A stretch of DNA of 64,000 nucleotides from an uncultured Verrucomicrobiae bacterium (GCA_963714695.1 CAVQPQ010000003.1:692493-756492); one strand, 5' to 3'. Numbered from the stretch's first letter, positions 9,073-17,659 are shown. Numbers and translations: made by a program. The notes: generated by a model from the letters alone, not told the origin.

Positions 9073-9229
9073 CGAAGAAAGGACTTTGCGTATCGGGTTC
9101 GGAATCAAGTGAGCCTCCCAGCGCGAGATAGGTCTGCCAGAGTTTTTCGCTTTCCAGCCAGCGTTGCACGGGCGTGAGCCGGTACCACTCGGCCCATTCG
9201 CCACCAACCAATTGTTCCGGCTGAATCAT
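8999..9229 (-). CDS. small hypothetical protein upstream of and overlapping the nucleotidyltransferase-like ORF
   Basis: 76-aa ORF (MIQPEQLVGGEWAEWYRLTPVQRWLESEKLWQTYLALGGSLDSEPDTQSPF...). It overlaps the next ORF by about 74 nt in another frame. The arrangement is antitoxin-like. Confidence 0.4.
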   Translation of the reverse strand: MIQPEQLVGGEWAEWYRLTPVQRWLESEKLWQTYLALGGSLDSEPDTQSPFFDARAPRPRPAHGRTGVRVLRRGRV

Positions 9230-9421
9230 GGGAAAATAATAACAGAGCTGCGCGGAAAATCAAAGCGCGACGCGACGAGGGTGAACGTCCTGTAGCTGGC
9301 GGAAACTTTTTGCTTCTGAACTTTCTTAAGCATCGCAGAAATTTAACCAAGAATGAACACGAATGGACACGAATAAATTTACTGGCAGCAAATCAATACA
9401 AGTCGGGCAATGGCTGATATT

Positions 9422-9718
9422 CTAATCTGAATCAAATTTGAGTTGATCCATGGGCTTTTGATTATGGGCGTTCTGAATTTTTCTAAATTCTTCATAAGAA
9501 ATCTTTCCACCCGCCAATACAAACTTCCGATACCTTCTTAGATTTACTGATTCTTGAGCTGCTTCAAGTTTTTCCGGCGAGTGTCCACCTGTTGAAATCC
9601 GCATTTCAAATGGATCGTTAAAACAAGATGGTTGAGTAAATCGAATTAAAAGTTTCTCAAGAATATCAATTCGCTCTGAATTGACGTATTTGAAAATTTG
9701 TTTCGGCAATTGCGCCAT
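9422..9718 (-). pseudogene. DUF2971-like N-terminal fragment
   Basis: 98-aa ORF in an AT-rich patch, carrying the FNDPFE-type motif (FTQPSCFNDPFEM) that marks DUF2971 proteins. Those are normally about 250-300 aa, so this copy looks truncated. Confidence 0.45.
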
Positions 9719-9722
9719 AGCC

Positions 9723-10922
9723 TCACAACAAATGCCCCATTTTTTCGCGCTTGGCCTTCAAATACTTTTCGTTGTGCGGATTGGGTTTCACGCGGATCGG
9801 CAACTGCTCGACGATTTTCAGCCCGTAGCCCTCCAAGCCGACGATTTTTTTGGGATTGTTCGTCAGCAGCCGGATGGTTTTCAACCCCAGGTCCACGAGA
9901 ATTTGCGCGCCGATGCCATATTCGCGCAGATCCATTTCGTAGCCGAGTTTTTCGTTCGCCTCAACGGTGTCGTAGCCCTGCTCCTGCAATTTGTAGGCCT
10001 TGATTTTCGGTGCCAGGCCGATGCCGCGGCCTTCCTGTCGCATATAAACAATCACGCCGCGCCCGGCTGCGGCCACCTGCCGCATGGCCTGATGCAGTTG
10101 CGACCCGCAATCGCAGCGGCGCGAGCCGAACACGTCGCCGGTCAGACATTCGCTGTGGACGCGCACGAGCACTTTGTCCCGTCCGGTCACGTTGCCGTGC
10201 ACCAGCGCGAGGTGATGCTGGTCGTCCAGTTTCGAACGATACAAATGCAAATTGAAATCGCCGTAGTCGGTCGGCAGTTTGACGGTTTCGACGAGTTCGA
10301 CCAGTTTCTCCCGCGTGCGCCGGTGTTCGATTAGGTCGGCAATGGTGCAGATTTTCAGGTGATGTTTTTTTGCGAACTTCAACAACTGTGGCAGGCGCGC
10401 CATGGTGCCGTCGTCGTTCATGATTTCGCAGAGGATGCCGACGGGCTGGCATTCGGCGAGCGTGGCCAGGTCCACCGCCGCCTCGGTGTGGCCGGCGCGC
10501 TGGAGCACGCCGCCCGGTCGCGCGCGGAGCGGAAACACGTGGCCCGGCTGCACGAGGTCGTCCGGTACCGACTTGGGTTCGGCCATGATTTTAATGGTGC
10601 GCGCCCGGTCCGCCGCGCTGATGCCGGTGGTGACGCCGCGCGCGGCGTCCACGCTCACATGAAAATCCGTGCGAAAGCTCTCGCGGTTTTGCTGCACCAT
10701 GCGGTCAATGCCCAGTTGGTGCAGCCGTTCGGCGGCCGACGGCATGCAAATGAGTCCGCGCCCGAATTTGGCCATGAAATTGACTGCCGTGGGCGTCACG
10801 GATTGCGCCGCCATGATCAAATCGCCCTCGTTTTCGCGGTCGGCGTCGTCCACCACGATGACCATTTTGCCGCGGCGAATGTCCGCGACGACCGATTCAA
10901 TGCTGTCGAAAGTTTTTTTCAT
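9723..10922 (-). CDS. ribBA: bifunctional 3,4-dihydroxy-2-butanone-4-phosphate synthase / GTP cyclohydrolase II
   Basis: From the internal ATG at 10922 (MKKTFDSIESVVADIRRGKMVIVVDDADRENEGDL) there is a DHBP synthase signature. The C-terminal half has the GTP cyclohydrolase II Cys motif (VRVHSECLTGDVFGSRRCDCGSQL). Confidence 0.95.
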   Translation of the reverse strand: MKKTFDSIESVVADIRRGKMVIVVDDADRENEGDLIMAAQSVTPTAVNFMAKFGRGLICMPSAAERLHQLGIDRMVQQNRESFRTDFHVSVDAARGVTTGISAADRARTIKIMAEPKSVPDDLVQPGHVFPLRARPGGVLQRAGHTEAAVDLATLAECQPVGILCEIMNDDGTMARLPQLLKFAKKHHLKICTIADLIEHRRTREKLVELVETVKLPTDYGDFNLHLYRSKLDDQHHLALVHGNVTGRDKVLVRVHSECLTGDVFGSRRCDCGSQLHQAMRQVAAAGRGVIVYMRQEGRGIGLAPKIKAYKLQEQGYDTVEANEKLGYEMDLREYGIGAQILVDLGLKTIRLLTNNPKKIVGLEGYGLKIVEQLPIRVKPNPHNEKYLKAKREKMGHLL

Positions 10923-11049
10923 CCGGTGAAGACAGCATAGCCATCCGCCGTTCAAATGCCAGTTGCAAAGCAAGGGCCGAGTCCGGTTGCGCTGCCGACG
11001 CCGCCATTCGACGGCTTCCCGGGAGCGCCGACTCGTTGCCTGACGGCGA

Positions 11050-11061
11050 CCCCCCCCCCCC
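11050..11061. repeat. C12 homopolymer tract (G12 on the ribBA-leader strand)
   Basis: Twelve consecutive C residues were counted directly in the 340-nt divergent intergenic region between ribBA (start 10922) and the histidine kinase (start 11263). Confidence 0.9.
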
Positions 11062-11262
11062 GCCGGCGGGACGCCAGCGTCCCCAGAAGCCGTACTCTGT
11101 TACCGAGTCCGGCAACATTGCTCCAAGTTACACCCGGTTCGTCCACTCGCCGATTTTTGCTGACAGGACACCAAAAGGTGGCTTACGATTCCTCGCATCC
11201 ATTGAGGGCGCTTTTCATGGCGGCGGCGGAAAGTTTAACAACCGAACGACCGGTAAATTTCA

Positions 11263-12324
11263 ATGTCAGAGGACAAATCGGCCCAAAAGATCGGCGGACT
11301 TTCGAGCGGAAACCCATCGAGTCTGCTCCAGGAATGTTTTGCCTGCGGCGTGCTCGTGGTGGGCGCGCGTAAACGCATAGTCGCCTGCACCGCCGAAGCC
11401 GCCGAACATCTGCACCGGGACGCGGCAAAGTTGCTGAACGCCCCGCTAAGTTCGCTGCCCGCGCCGCTGGCCGGGCTGATCCAGAAAACCGCCCGAAGCG
11501 GCAAGGCGATTTTGAACCGCGAAATTCCTCTGGGCAGCGCAACGGCATTGCGCGCGAGCATTTTGCCCGTGAAAACGCCCGAGCAAATGGAAATCGTCGT
11601 GGTTTTGAACAGCCTGACTTCCACGCCGGTTTTCGAGCGGAATCTCCGGCGGCTCGACCGGCTGGCCGGCCTCGGCACGCTCTCGGCGGGCATGGCGCAC
11701 GAAATCAAAAATGGCATGGTGGCCATCAAGACGTTTGTTGACCTGCTGGCGCAAAAAGGCCAGGACACGGAACTCACCGGGGTTGTTGGACGCGAGCTGG
11801 AGCGCATCAATGCGATTGTGACGCAGATGCTGCGGTTTGCCGCGCCGAACCGCGCTGCATTCACAACCGTGCGCATCCACGACGTGCTGGATCATTCGCT
11901 GCGCCTGATGCAGCATCAAATCAGCGGGAAATTGATTTCCTTGCAACGTCATTACCGGGCCACGCCGGACACGGTTCACGGCGACGATGCGCAGTTGCAG
12001 CAGGCGTTCATGAATTTTCTGGCCAATGCGCTTGAAGCGATGGGCACGAACGGTGTGTTGACGGTCCAAACGGAAATGGTGAAGGACGAACGCTGCGAGC
12101 GGCAATTGCGGATCAACATTCAAGACACGGGCGTGGGCATTGTGCCGGAAAATTTAGGGCGGCTGTTCGAGCCATTTTTCACAACCAAGATCAATGGCAC
12201 GGGTTTGGGGCTGGCCATCAGCCAGCGCATTGCGCTGGAGCATCGCGGCTCGATTCGCGTGCACAGCGAACCCGGCAAAGGCTCGACGTTCAGCCTGTCG
12301 CTGCCGGCGTTTACGGCGGTGTGA
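11263..12324 (+). CDS. cytosolic sensor histidine kinase (PAS-like N-terminus, HisKA, HATPase_c)
   Basis: 353-aa ORF with an H-box (GMAHEIKNGMVAIKTF), N-box (NALEAM), G1 (IQDTGVGI) and G2 (TKINGTGLGLAISQRI). There is no TM segment and no adjacent response regulator. Confidence 0.9.
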   Translation: MSEDKSAQKIGGLSSGNPSSLLQECFACGVLVVGARKRIVACTAEAAEHLHRDAAKLLNAPLSSLPAPLAGLIQKTARSGKAILNREIPLGSATALRASILPVKTPEQMEIVVVLNSLTSTPVFERNLRRLDRLAGLGTLSAGMAHEIKNGMVAIKTFVDLLAQKGQDTELTGVVGRELERINAIVTQMLRFAAPNRAAFTTVRIHDVLDHSLRLMQHQISGKLISLQRHYRATPDTVHGDDAQLQQAFMNFLANALEAMGTNGVLTVQTEMVKDERCERQLRINIQDTGVGIVPENLGRLFEPFFTTKINGTGLGLAISQRIALEHRGSIRVHSEPGKGSTFSLSLPAFTAV

Positions 12325-12380
12325 TCCGGCAGTCGCTATGCACTGGTGATTTTACAAAATTATGCGTGATCGCATTGCAG

Positions 12381-12968
12381 TCAGATTTTTCTGCGGTTCT
12401 TGAAAAACATTGTGCTCATGATTCCACCAACTCCAACCAAGCAAAGACTGTTTGGCTCTGGAACAGCTTCCATTGAAATATTGTCAATGAAGTAGGAATC
12501 GTCTGTTCCATTTATCTGCGCGGACAAACTTAAAAGCGCGCTCGTTGAAGTGGCCGTATAATCGAAGCTGAAACTATGCCAGTTGAAATCTGCCGGGGCT
12601 GCCGTTTCAAACAAGAAAACGCCGTCAAGCGCCACTCCAAAACTATTATCCGTAACATCTTTCCCTCCACCCAGATAATTCCCTGAAACGATATAAAGAT
12701 CCCCTAGGGTCAAACCATTGATTATTTGGCTCGCCGTGGGAACATTTGGAGACGTAGGATTATACAGTCTAACGCTACCAGGCGGATTACCTATGGCGGA
12801 ATTGTATCCACCTCCAGCGGAGGTATTTGTTATGGTCCAACCTGAAGTATCGGTGTCAAAGCCGCCATTAACGACCAAATTGCCTTGAGCCATGGCTGAT
12901 TGTGAAAAGCATGACAGCGCTAAAGTTGTTAAAACCATGCTTGTTTTAAAAGTCATATGTGGTTTCAT
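12381..12968 (-). CDS. PEP-CTERM-anchored secreted protein
   Basis: The C-terminus carries a PEP-CTERM sorting signal (VPEPNSLCLVGVGGIMSTMFFKNRRKI). An N-terminal signal peptide is present (MVLTTLALSCFSQSAMAQ). The start is ambiguous (13001, 12968 or 12956). The sequence is clearly lower in GC than its flanks. Confidence 0.75.
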   Translation of the reverse strand: MKPHMTFKTSMVLTTLALSCFSQSAMAQGNLVVNGGFDTDTSGWTITNTSAGGGYNSAIGNPPGSVRLYNPTSPNVPTASQIINGLTLGDLYIVSGNYLGGGKDVTDNSFGVALDGVFLFETAAPADFNWHSFSFDYTATSTSALLSLSAQINGTDDSYFIDNISMEAVPEPNSLCLVGVGGIMSTMFFKNRRKI

Positions 12969-12997
12969 AATGTATAATACAGTTGAATGGCTTTTTG

Positions 12998-14401
12998 TCA
13001 CGGCGTTCCCAATGGAATACCATTGTGAAATTGGAAAACATATTTTCCCAACACACTACTATTAAAGTTTGTGTATATCAGGCCGGTCACGAGATTGGTA
13101 TCCAGCAACGCATGCGGAACAGCAGACCCGTTTAGCTCAAATGTTAAGCCGCTTGCGCTGGCATAGCCCGCTCGTGCCGGGCTGTGGTAGTCATCTATAT
13201 CGCCCCACACATATTGGCCGTCACTACCTCCGCTGACATCGCCTGCTTCCCATTGGATTTGGGCATAGTTAAACTCGAGATCAAAATCTCCGTTCGTCCG
13301 ATCAGCCCGGTCTATCAACACCAACTGAAATGAATTTAGCTTGTCATATTTAGCCTGGTAATATCCGACATTAATCCAATTAACTCCGAAAGCAGCCCGG
13401 CCATCCACTGTGCCGGAGCCATAAGTCACCACACCCGAATTCGTGCTTCTTGTATCCACATCCGCCCAAAATGGAGCGATAATGTCCATGCCAAGATCGA
13501 CGAGTGGCTCGGGGGTATATGCTGTTAGATAGTAATTAAAAGTCACATTGCCATTATTATTCACAAAAAGATTCATGTAAGAAGTTCCAAAGAAATTAAT
13601 GGCAAACGGTAATGTTGCCGATGCGCTGGGAGCATCGTCCTCGTGACCAAGAGAATTTGTGTTAAACCCAGGGCGGATGGCAGTCGGGTTTCCCAGCATA
13701 AAGAAGCCTTGCGTAGGCGGCAGGTTTGTCACCACAAGATTCGTTTGACTCGAGGCGCACTGTAGCAACCAAGTCCAATTGTAAGGAATCGCCAGATTCG
13801 TCTTGAAATACAAACCGTAAACGCCATTGGTCACATTCCATGGTGTGTGAATCAACAGATGGGCTGTCTGGGCCGTTCCAGTGTTGGTCGTTCCTGCAAT
13901 TTGAAGCCAAAGGTCGTTCGTTGTGAATACTTGGGGTTGAAAACTGGAACTGAAACCACAACCGCTGTTGGTGCCACCGCCACCACCAAAACCTGGCGGA
14001 CTCAGGGCATTCATCACCATCATGGTTCCTGCAGACGGCTCCGGGTAGTCCAGATCATCGAGCAGATAAAAGCCCGAACCTGAATCTGAACTTAAATTCC
14101 AAATTGGAATCTGCCAGATGTCCGCTGGGAGCGGCGGCCAATTGGGATGGGCCAGCGAATAAAAATTCCCAGCCATGCCTCCGCGTGGCAAATCCGCCGC
14201 CGCTATCGTCGGCGTGGCCGCCAACACATCCAACAATTCTCCCAATTGGGCGTCGGAAAATGTTCCCAGCGTCCTGATGTTTGTGGCTGACAATGAAACT
14301 GTTCCCGCTGGAATCGCCGGTACGGTCACCTGGCCACGCAAACTGAAGGTTATTGCAACAACAAACGCAATCCCAGCCCAAACCATCCGCGTCTTTTTCA
14401 T
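12998..14401 (-). CDS. secreted protein with NIDO (nidogen-like) domain
   Basis: NIDO-like motifs are present: FFGTSYMNLFVNNNGNVTF, IIAPFWADVDTR and NSFQLVLIDRADRTNGDFDLEFNY. The likely start is the ATG at 14401 (MKKTRMVWAGIAFVVAITFSL). The gene is low in GC. Confidence 0.65.
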   Translation of the reverse strand: MKKTRMVWAGIAFVVAITFSLRGQVTVPAIPAGTVSLSATNIRTLGTFSDAQLGELLDVLAATPTIAAADLPRGGMAGNFYSLAHPNWPPLPADIWQIPIWNLSSDSGSGFYLLDDLDYPEPSAGTMMVMNALSPPGFGGGGGTNSGCGFSSSFQPQVFTTNDLWLQIAGTTNTGTAQTAHLLIHTPWNVTNGVYGLYFKTNLAIPYNWTWLLQCASSQTNLVVTNLPPTQGFFMLGNPTAIRPGFNTNSLGHEDDAPSASATLPFAINFFGTSYMNLFVNNNGNVTFNYYLTAYTPEPLVDLGMDIIAPFWADVDTRSTNSGVVTYGSGTVDGRAAFGVNWINVGYYQAKYDKLNSFQLVLIDRADRTNGDFDLEFNYAQIQWEAGDVSGGSDGQYVWGDIDDYHSPARAGYASASGLTFELNGSAVPHALLDTNLVTGLIYTNFNSSVLGKYVFQFHNGIPLGTP

Positions 14402-14661
14402 AAGTTTTTTAAAAGTCTTACTCTGAGTTATTTTAGCATTATAAATCTTATCCATCAGTGATGCAAGTAATAATACTTTGTTGGGTGTTTTAAGTTTCAC
14501 GTCGCCTTGCTTCCCAAAAGATTGTGGTATGCCCGAAGCAAAATCTTAACACTCTTGGGGACGAGGAGAAAAATTATCTCCATTGAGGCCCAGTTGCGAG
14601 TGCGAAGGCGGTGAAAATTCCTATTCGCGAATTTTTTCGCGGCATTCCCCTGTTTTAAATG

Positions 14662-16938
14662 TTACTCTCCGACGAGGTTATAAGGATGAACGGCGTCACC
14701 GCCCACGTGAGTTTTCGGCGCGGCCTTGAGCGAGAAGGTGAAGGCAATGGTAAAGTCCTTCGGGCCGGTGCCATTGTCAACGACACGGAAAGTCAGCGCG
14801 CCGGTCCAGCTCCGCAAGTCGCGATAGATCGTGTAATCTTGCTCCTGGAGGCGGTCGTTCTCGATGTTGATATTGTGCATCATGCGCAAGCCCCAGTTGT
14901 CATTGAGCCGGAAAAACAGGGTGCTGACGACCAGATTATTGCCACTGCCCATGAATCCGTCGCGCAAATACCAGTGGCCGACGCCCCAGCTCCATCTTTC
15001 GCTGGGCGTCAACGTGAGTTGATGAAAGGCCAGGTTCAAATTGCCGGCGTTGATGTCGTAGCGCATTTGCGAATCCAGCACGATCCACGAGCGCGGCTTG
15101 AACGTGAAGGCGGAGTAAAGATCGCTGAACGTCTGCTGCGTGCTGAACGGTTCGTCGAGGTTGGTTTGATCCCGGCCCGGCGTGAGCCGCCAATCCAACG
15201 CCACAGTCCAGTCCAGCAGATTGTCGAGTTGTCCGTCGCGCTTGGTTTGGAGCGTGTTGCGCAGGCCGAAACGAATCACATTCTCGCTGTCAATGGAGTC
15301 AATGTTGTTATAATCGGGAAATTGAACCGGCAACAGCACCAGGCTGGGCGACGCGGAATCGAACTGGGGCAGTTGCGACGGCAGTGCGGTGGGGCGCGGT
15401 ACGAAAACGTAGTTTACCGACGGCTGAATGATGTGGCGCAAGCCGTCAAGGTCCAAAAGTGAATTCGTCGCGCCCGTCCAAAGTTGCGAAACGGTGAACG
15501 AAGTTTCGACGCCGGTGTTGAAAACGGCGCGATCGGTTTCGTTGTTGGTGGCGCCGGGACCGCTTTCCTGGCTGTAATAGGTAAGCCGGCCGCCAGCGTT
15601 GGGGGTGATATTCAGCCAGCCAAAAAGCGTGCAGGGCAGGAGCAGTTGATGAAAGGTGTCGGCGCGCGCGGCGGAATAAGGCAGCGGGCTGTTCGTGGCG
15701 GAGAACAGGTTGTTATTCGTGGCGGCAAAGAAAAGCTGGTAATAGCCCGCGGAACTCTCGCTCTCATAGTAAAGCGGCGTGTTAAGAATCTGCTGGCGAA
15801 AACCGGTGAACTTCACATCGGGCAGACGTTCGACCACGTCGAAGAAATCATTGACGCGCGGCATGGCCGCGACATCGAGACTCCAGTTGTTCCAGTACGG
15901 GTTGACCTCGATGAACGTGTTGGGTTGCGGATTATTCCGATAGTCACCCTCAAAAAAGTCGTGCAGCACGAGGGGATCGCTCTGGTAATTCACCAGCGCC
16001 TTGACGTTCAAATTGGTGAACGGAGTCGCCTGGTAGTCAAAGTAAAACCGCTGGCGGTTTTCAGGAATCGTCCCCAAATTCGCGAAGCTGTTCGAGCTCA
16101 CGCTGTAGTTCGGGTCCTGGTCGTTCAAATAATAATACTTGAAGTGCGCCTCGCCCCATTGGCCAAGGTGCAAATCCAGGTCCGGCCCCAAGCCCACACC
16201 CCGTTTCTCGCGATAGTCCAGATGAATCTTTCCGTCCACCGCATCGTTGAGATACCACGTGTAAGTGCTGAGCAAAAACGGCCCGTAGGCGCTGCGGTCG
16301 CCGGGAAGAAAATTGAAATTGCTGTCGTGCTCGCCCAGATTGCGCCGGTAATACGGAAAGTAAAACGCCGGCACGCCGTCCACGTACAGCACGGCATTCC
16401 ACATCTCCATGTATTTCCCGGGAACAATTTTAATGTGACTGGAACGGATGAGAACCGCGGGATCGCTCACGTCATCGGTCGTGACGAAAGCGTGGCGCGC
16501 GTGGTAGGTTTTATTGGTTGTGTCACCCTGCAATTGCGCGCCTTGCGCGAACACCGGCGGTTTGCCCGTGCGGTATTGTTCGCTCTGCATCTGGTGCGTT
16601 TTGAAATTATAGCGGATGTGTTCGCCAACCCAGATTTGATCGCCTTGCTCGATGCGCACGTTGCCGTCGGCCACCGTCTCGCCTGTCTGTTCGTTCACCG
16701 ACGCGCTGTCGGCCGTCAGCACTGTCTCGTCGTGCGCGACGGTGTATTTCACACAAATGCCGTTGGTGCCGGTCGCCGTGTCGCCCGCCATGTCCATGTC
16801 CACGCTGCCGATGGGCGCGCCGGGGATGATTTGATGGAGCGCCCACATTTCCCACGATGGCGGCTCCTGCGCAAAAGAAATGAACGGAAAAATTGCGCTG
16901 AAAAAAACCAGCGCGGCAATGGCGGACAATCTTCTCAT
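14662..16938 (-). CDS. lptD: LPS-assembly outer-membrane protein LptD (OstA family)
   Basis: 758-aa ORF with a signal peptide (AIAALVFFSAIFPFISFAQ) and an OstA-like N-terminal segment (ADSASVNEQTGETVADGNVRIEQGDQIWVGEHIRYNFKT). A long aromatic-rich beta-barrel region follows. Confidence 0.8.
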   Translation of the reverse strand: MRRLSAIAALVFFSAIFPFISFAQEPPSWEMWALHQIIPGAPIGSVDMDMAGDTATGTNGICVKYTVAHDETVLTADSASVNEQTGETVADGNVRIEQGDQIWVGEHIRYNFKTHQMQSEQYRTGKPPVFAQGAQLQGDTTNKTYHARHAFVTTDDVSDPAVLIRSSHIKIVPGKYMEMWNAVLYVDGVPAFYFPYYRRNLGEHDSNFNFLPGDRSAYGPFLLSTYTWYLNDAVDGKIHLDYREKRGVGLGPDLDLHLGQWGEAHFKYYYLNDQDPNYSVSSNSFANLGTIPENRQRFYFDYQATPFTNLNVKALVNYQSDPLVLHDFFEGDYRNNPQPNTFIEVNPYWNNWSLDVAAMPRVNDFFDVVERLPDVKFTGFRQQILNTPLYYESESSAGYYQLFFAATNNNLFSATNSPLPYSAARADTFHQLLLPCTLFGWLNITPNAGGRLTYYSQESGPGATNNETDRAVFNTGVETSFTVSQLWTGATNSLLDLDGLRHIIQPSVNYVFVPRPTALPSQLPQFDSASPSLVLLPVQFPDYNNIDSIDSENVIRFGLRNTLQTKRDGQLDNLLDWTVALDWRLTPGRDQTNLDEPFSTQQTFSDLYSAFTFKPRSWIVLDSQMRYDINAGNLNLAFHQLTLTPSERWSWGVGHWYLRDGFMGSGNNLVVSTLFFRLNDNWGLRMMHNINIENDRLQEQDYTIYRDLRSWTGALTFRVVDNGTGPKDFTIAFTFSLKAAPKTHVGGDAVHPYNLVGE

Positions 16939-17042
16939 CAGGCGCGGCCAATTAAACAGAACGAACCGCGGCTGCCAAGCGGGATTTCACCGCAGAATCC
17001 AAAGTCACAAGGTTTGGCAGGGACACTGCGCTGTCATCGCCA

Positions 17043-17399
17043 TTATTTCTCCGGCAAAAAAGCAAAAGCCACCGCCGCTAGGATGCACACAAACGCGGCG
17101 AGATGGTTCCACCGGATTTTTTCGCCGAGATACAAAATCGCAAAGCCGCAGAAGACGGTGAGTGTAATGACTTCCTGGATGATTTTGAGCTGGGTGGCGG
17201 AATAAACGGCGTTGCCCCAGCGATTGGCCGGCACTTGCAGGACGTATTCAAAAAGCGCGATGCCCCAGCTCACCAGGATGACGAGCAGCAGCGGCTTGCT
17301 TTTGAATTTCAAGTGGCCGTACCACGCCACCGTCATGAAAACGTTCGAGCAGGTCAGCAGCACAATGGGCAGCCAGCGGGATTGAGTCAGGTCGTTCAT
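17043..17399 (-). CDS. DUF486-family (DMT superfamily) small membrane protein
   Basis: 118-aa ORF with four predicted helices and the characteristic AWYGHLKF and LQVPANR..........QLKIIQEVITL motifs. Confidence 0.8.
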   Translation of the reverse strand: MNDLTQSRWLPIVLLTCSNVFMTVAWYGHLKFKSKPLLLVILVSWGIALFEYVLQVPANRWGNAVYSATQLKIIQEVITLTVFCGFAILYLGEKIRWNHLAAFVCILAAVAFAFLPEK

Positions 17400-17659
17400 A
17401 ATTTGGGAAAAGGAATTTTGTGTTTGGCGCGGATTTCATCGAGCGCGACACGGAATGGTTTGCCGGTGCCAGCTTTCATTTCATCCAAACCGCGCTGGAT
17501 GCCGCGCAGGGCATCCACCAAATCGTCCGAGCGCTGGCCGCGCGCTTTCGGCACGCCAACATATTTGCTGATGGGATGCTTATTTGTTTTATGCAAAGCC
17601 GGCTTCACGCGGTTAAAAATGAACGGAAGTATAAAGATTACGCAAGGGCTGCATTTCAT
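17396..17659 (-). CDS. small hypothetical protein with ParD/RelB-antitoxin-like C-terminal motif
   Basis: 87-aa ORF. Its C-terminal part (DDLVDALRGIQRGLDEMKAGTGKPFRVALDEIRAKHKI) resembles antitoxin C-termini. Its stop overlaps the DUF486 start (ATGA). The true start is uncertain. Confidence 0.3.
   Translation of the reverse strand: MKCSPCVIFILPFIFNRVKPALHKTNKHPISKYVGVPKARGQRSDDLVDALRGIQRGLDEMKAGTGKPFRVALDEIRAKHKIPFPKL

Noticed and set aside
8999-9207. Programmed frameshifting joining the 76-aa ORF and the nucleotidyltransferase-like ORF.
   Set aside because: No slippery heptamer or downstream structure is evident at the overlap. Two genes or a decayed single gene are simpler explanations; the question stays open in the findings.
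10923-11262. An FMN (RFN) riboswitch upstream of ribBA.
   Set aside because: This was expected from the context, and I looked for it on the minus strand. A GGGG + hairpin + GCCGGCGG string loosely resembles the P1/P2 region. However, the conserved GGGUGAAAUUCCC loop, the AGCCCGCGA segment and the GCCGACAGU...AGUCCGGAUG 3' half are not present. I leave it as an unclassified structured leader; Infernal with RF00050 would settle it.
14659-17205. Plus-strand ORFs of 267 aa and 573 aa overlapping lptD.
   Set aside because: They are antisense to a well-supported LptD ORF. They have no motifs and a biased V/R/A/G composition.
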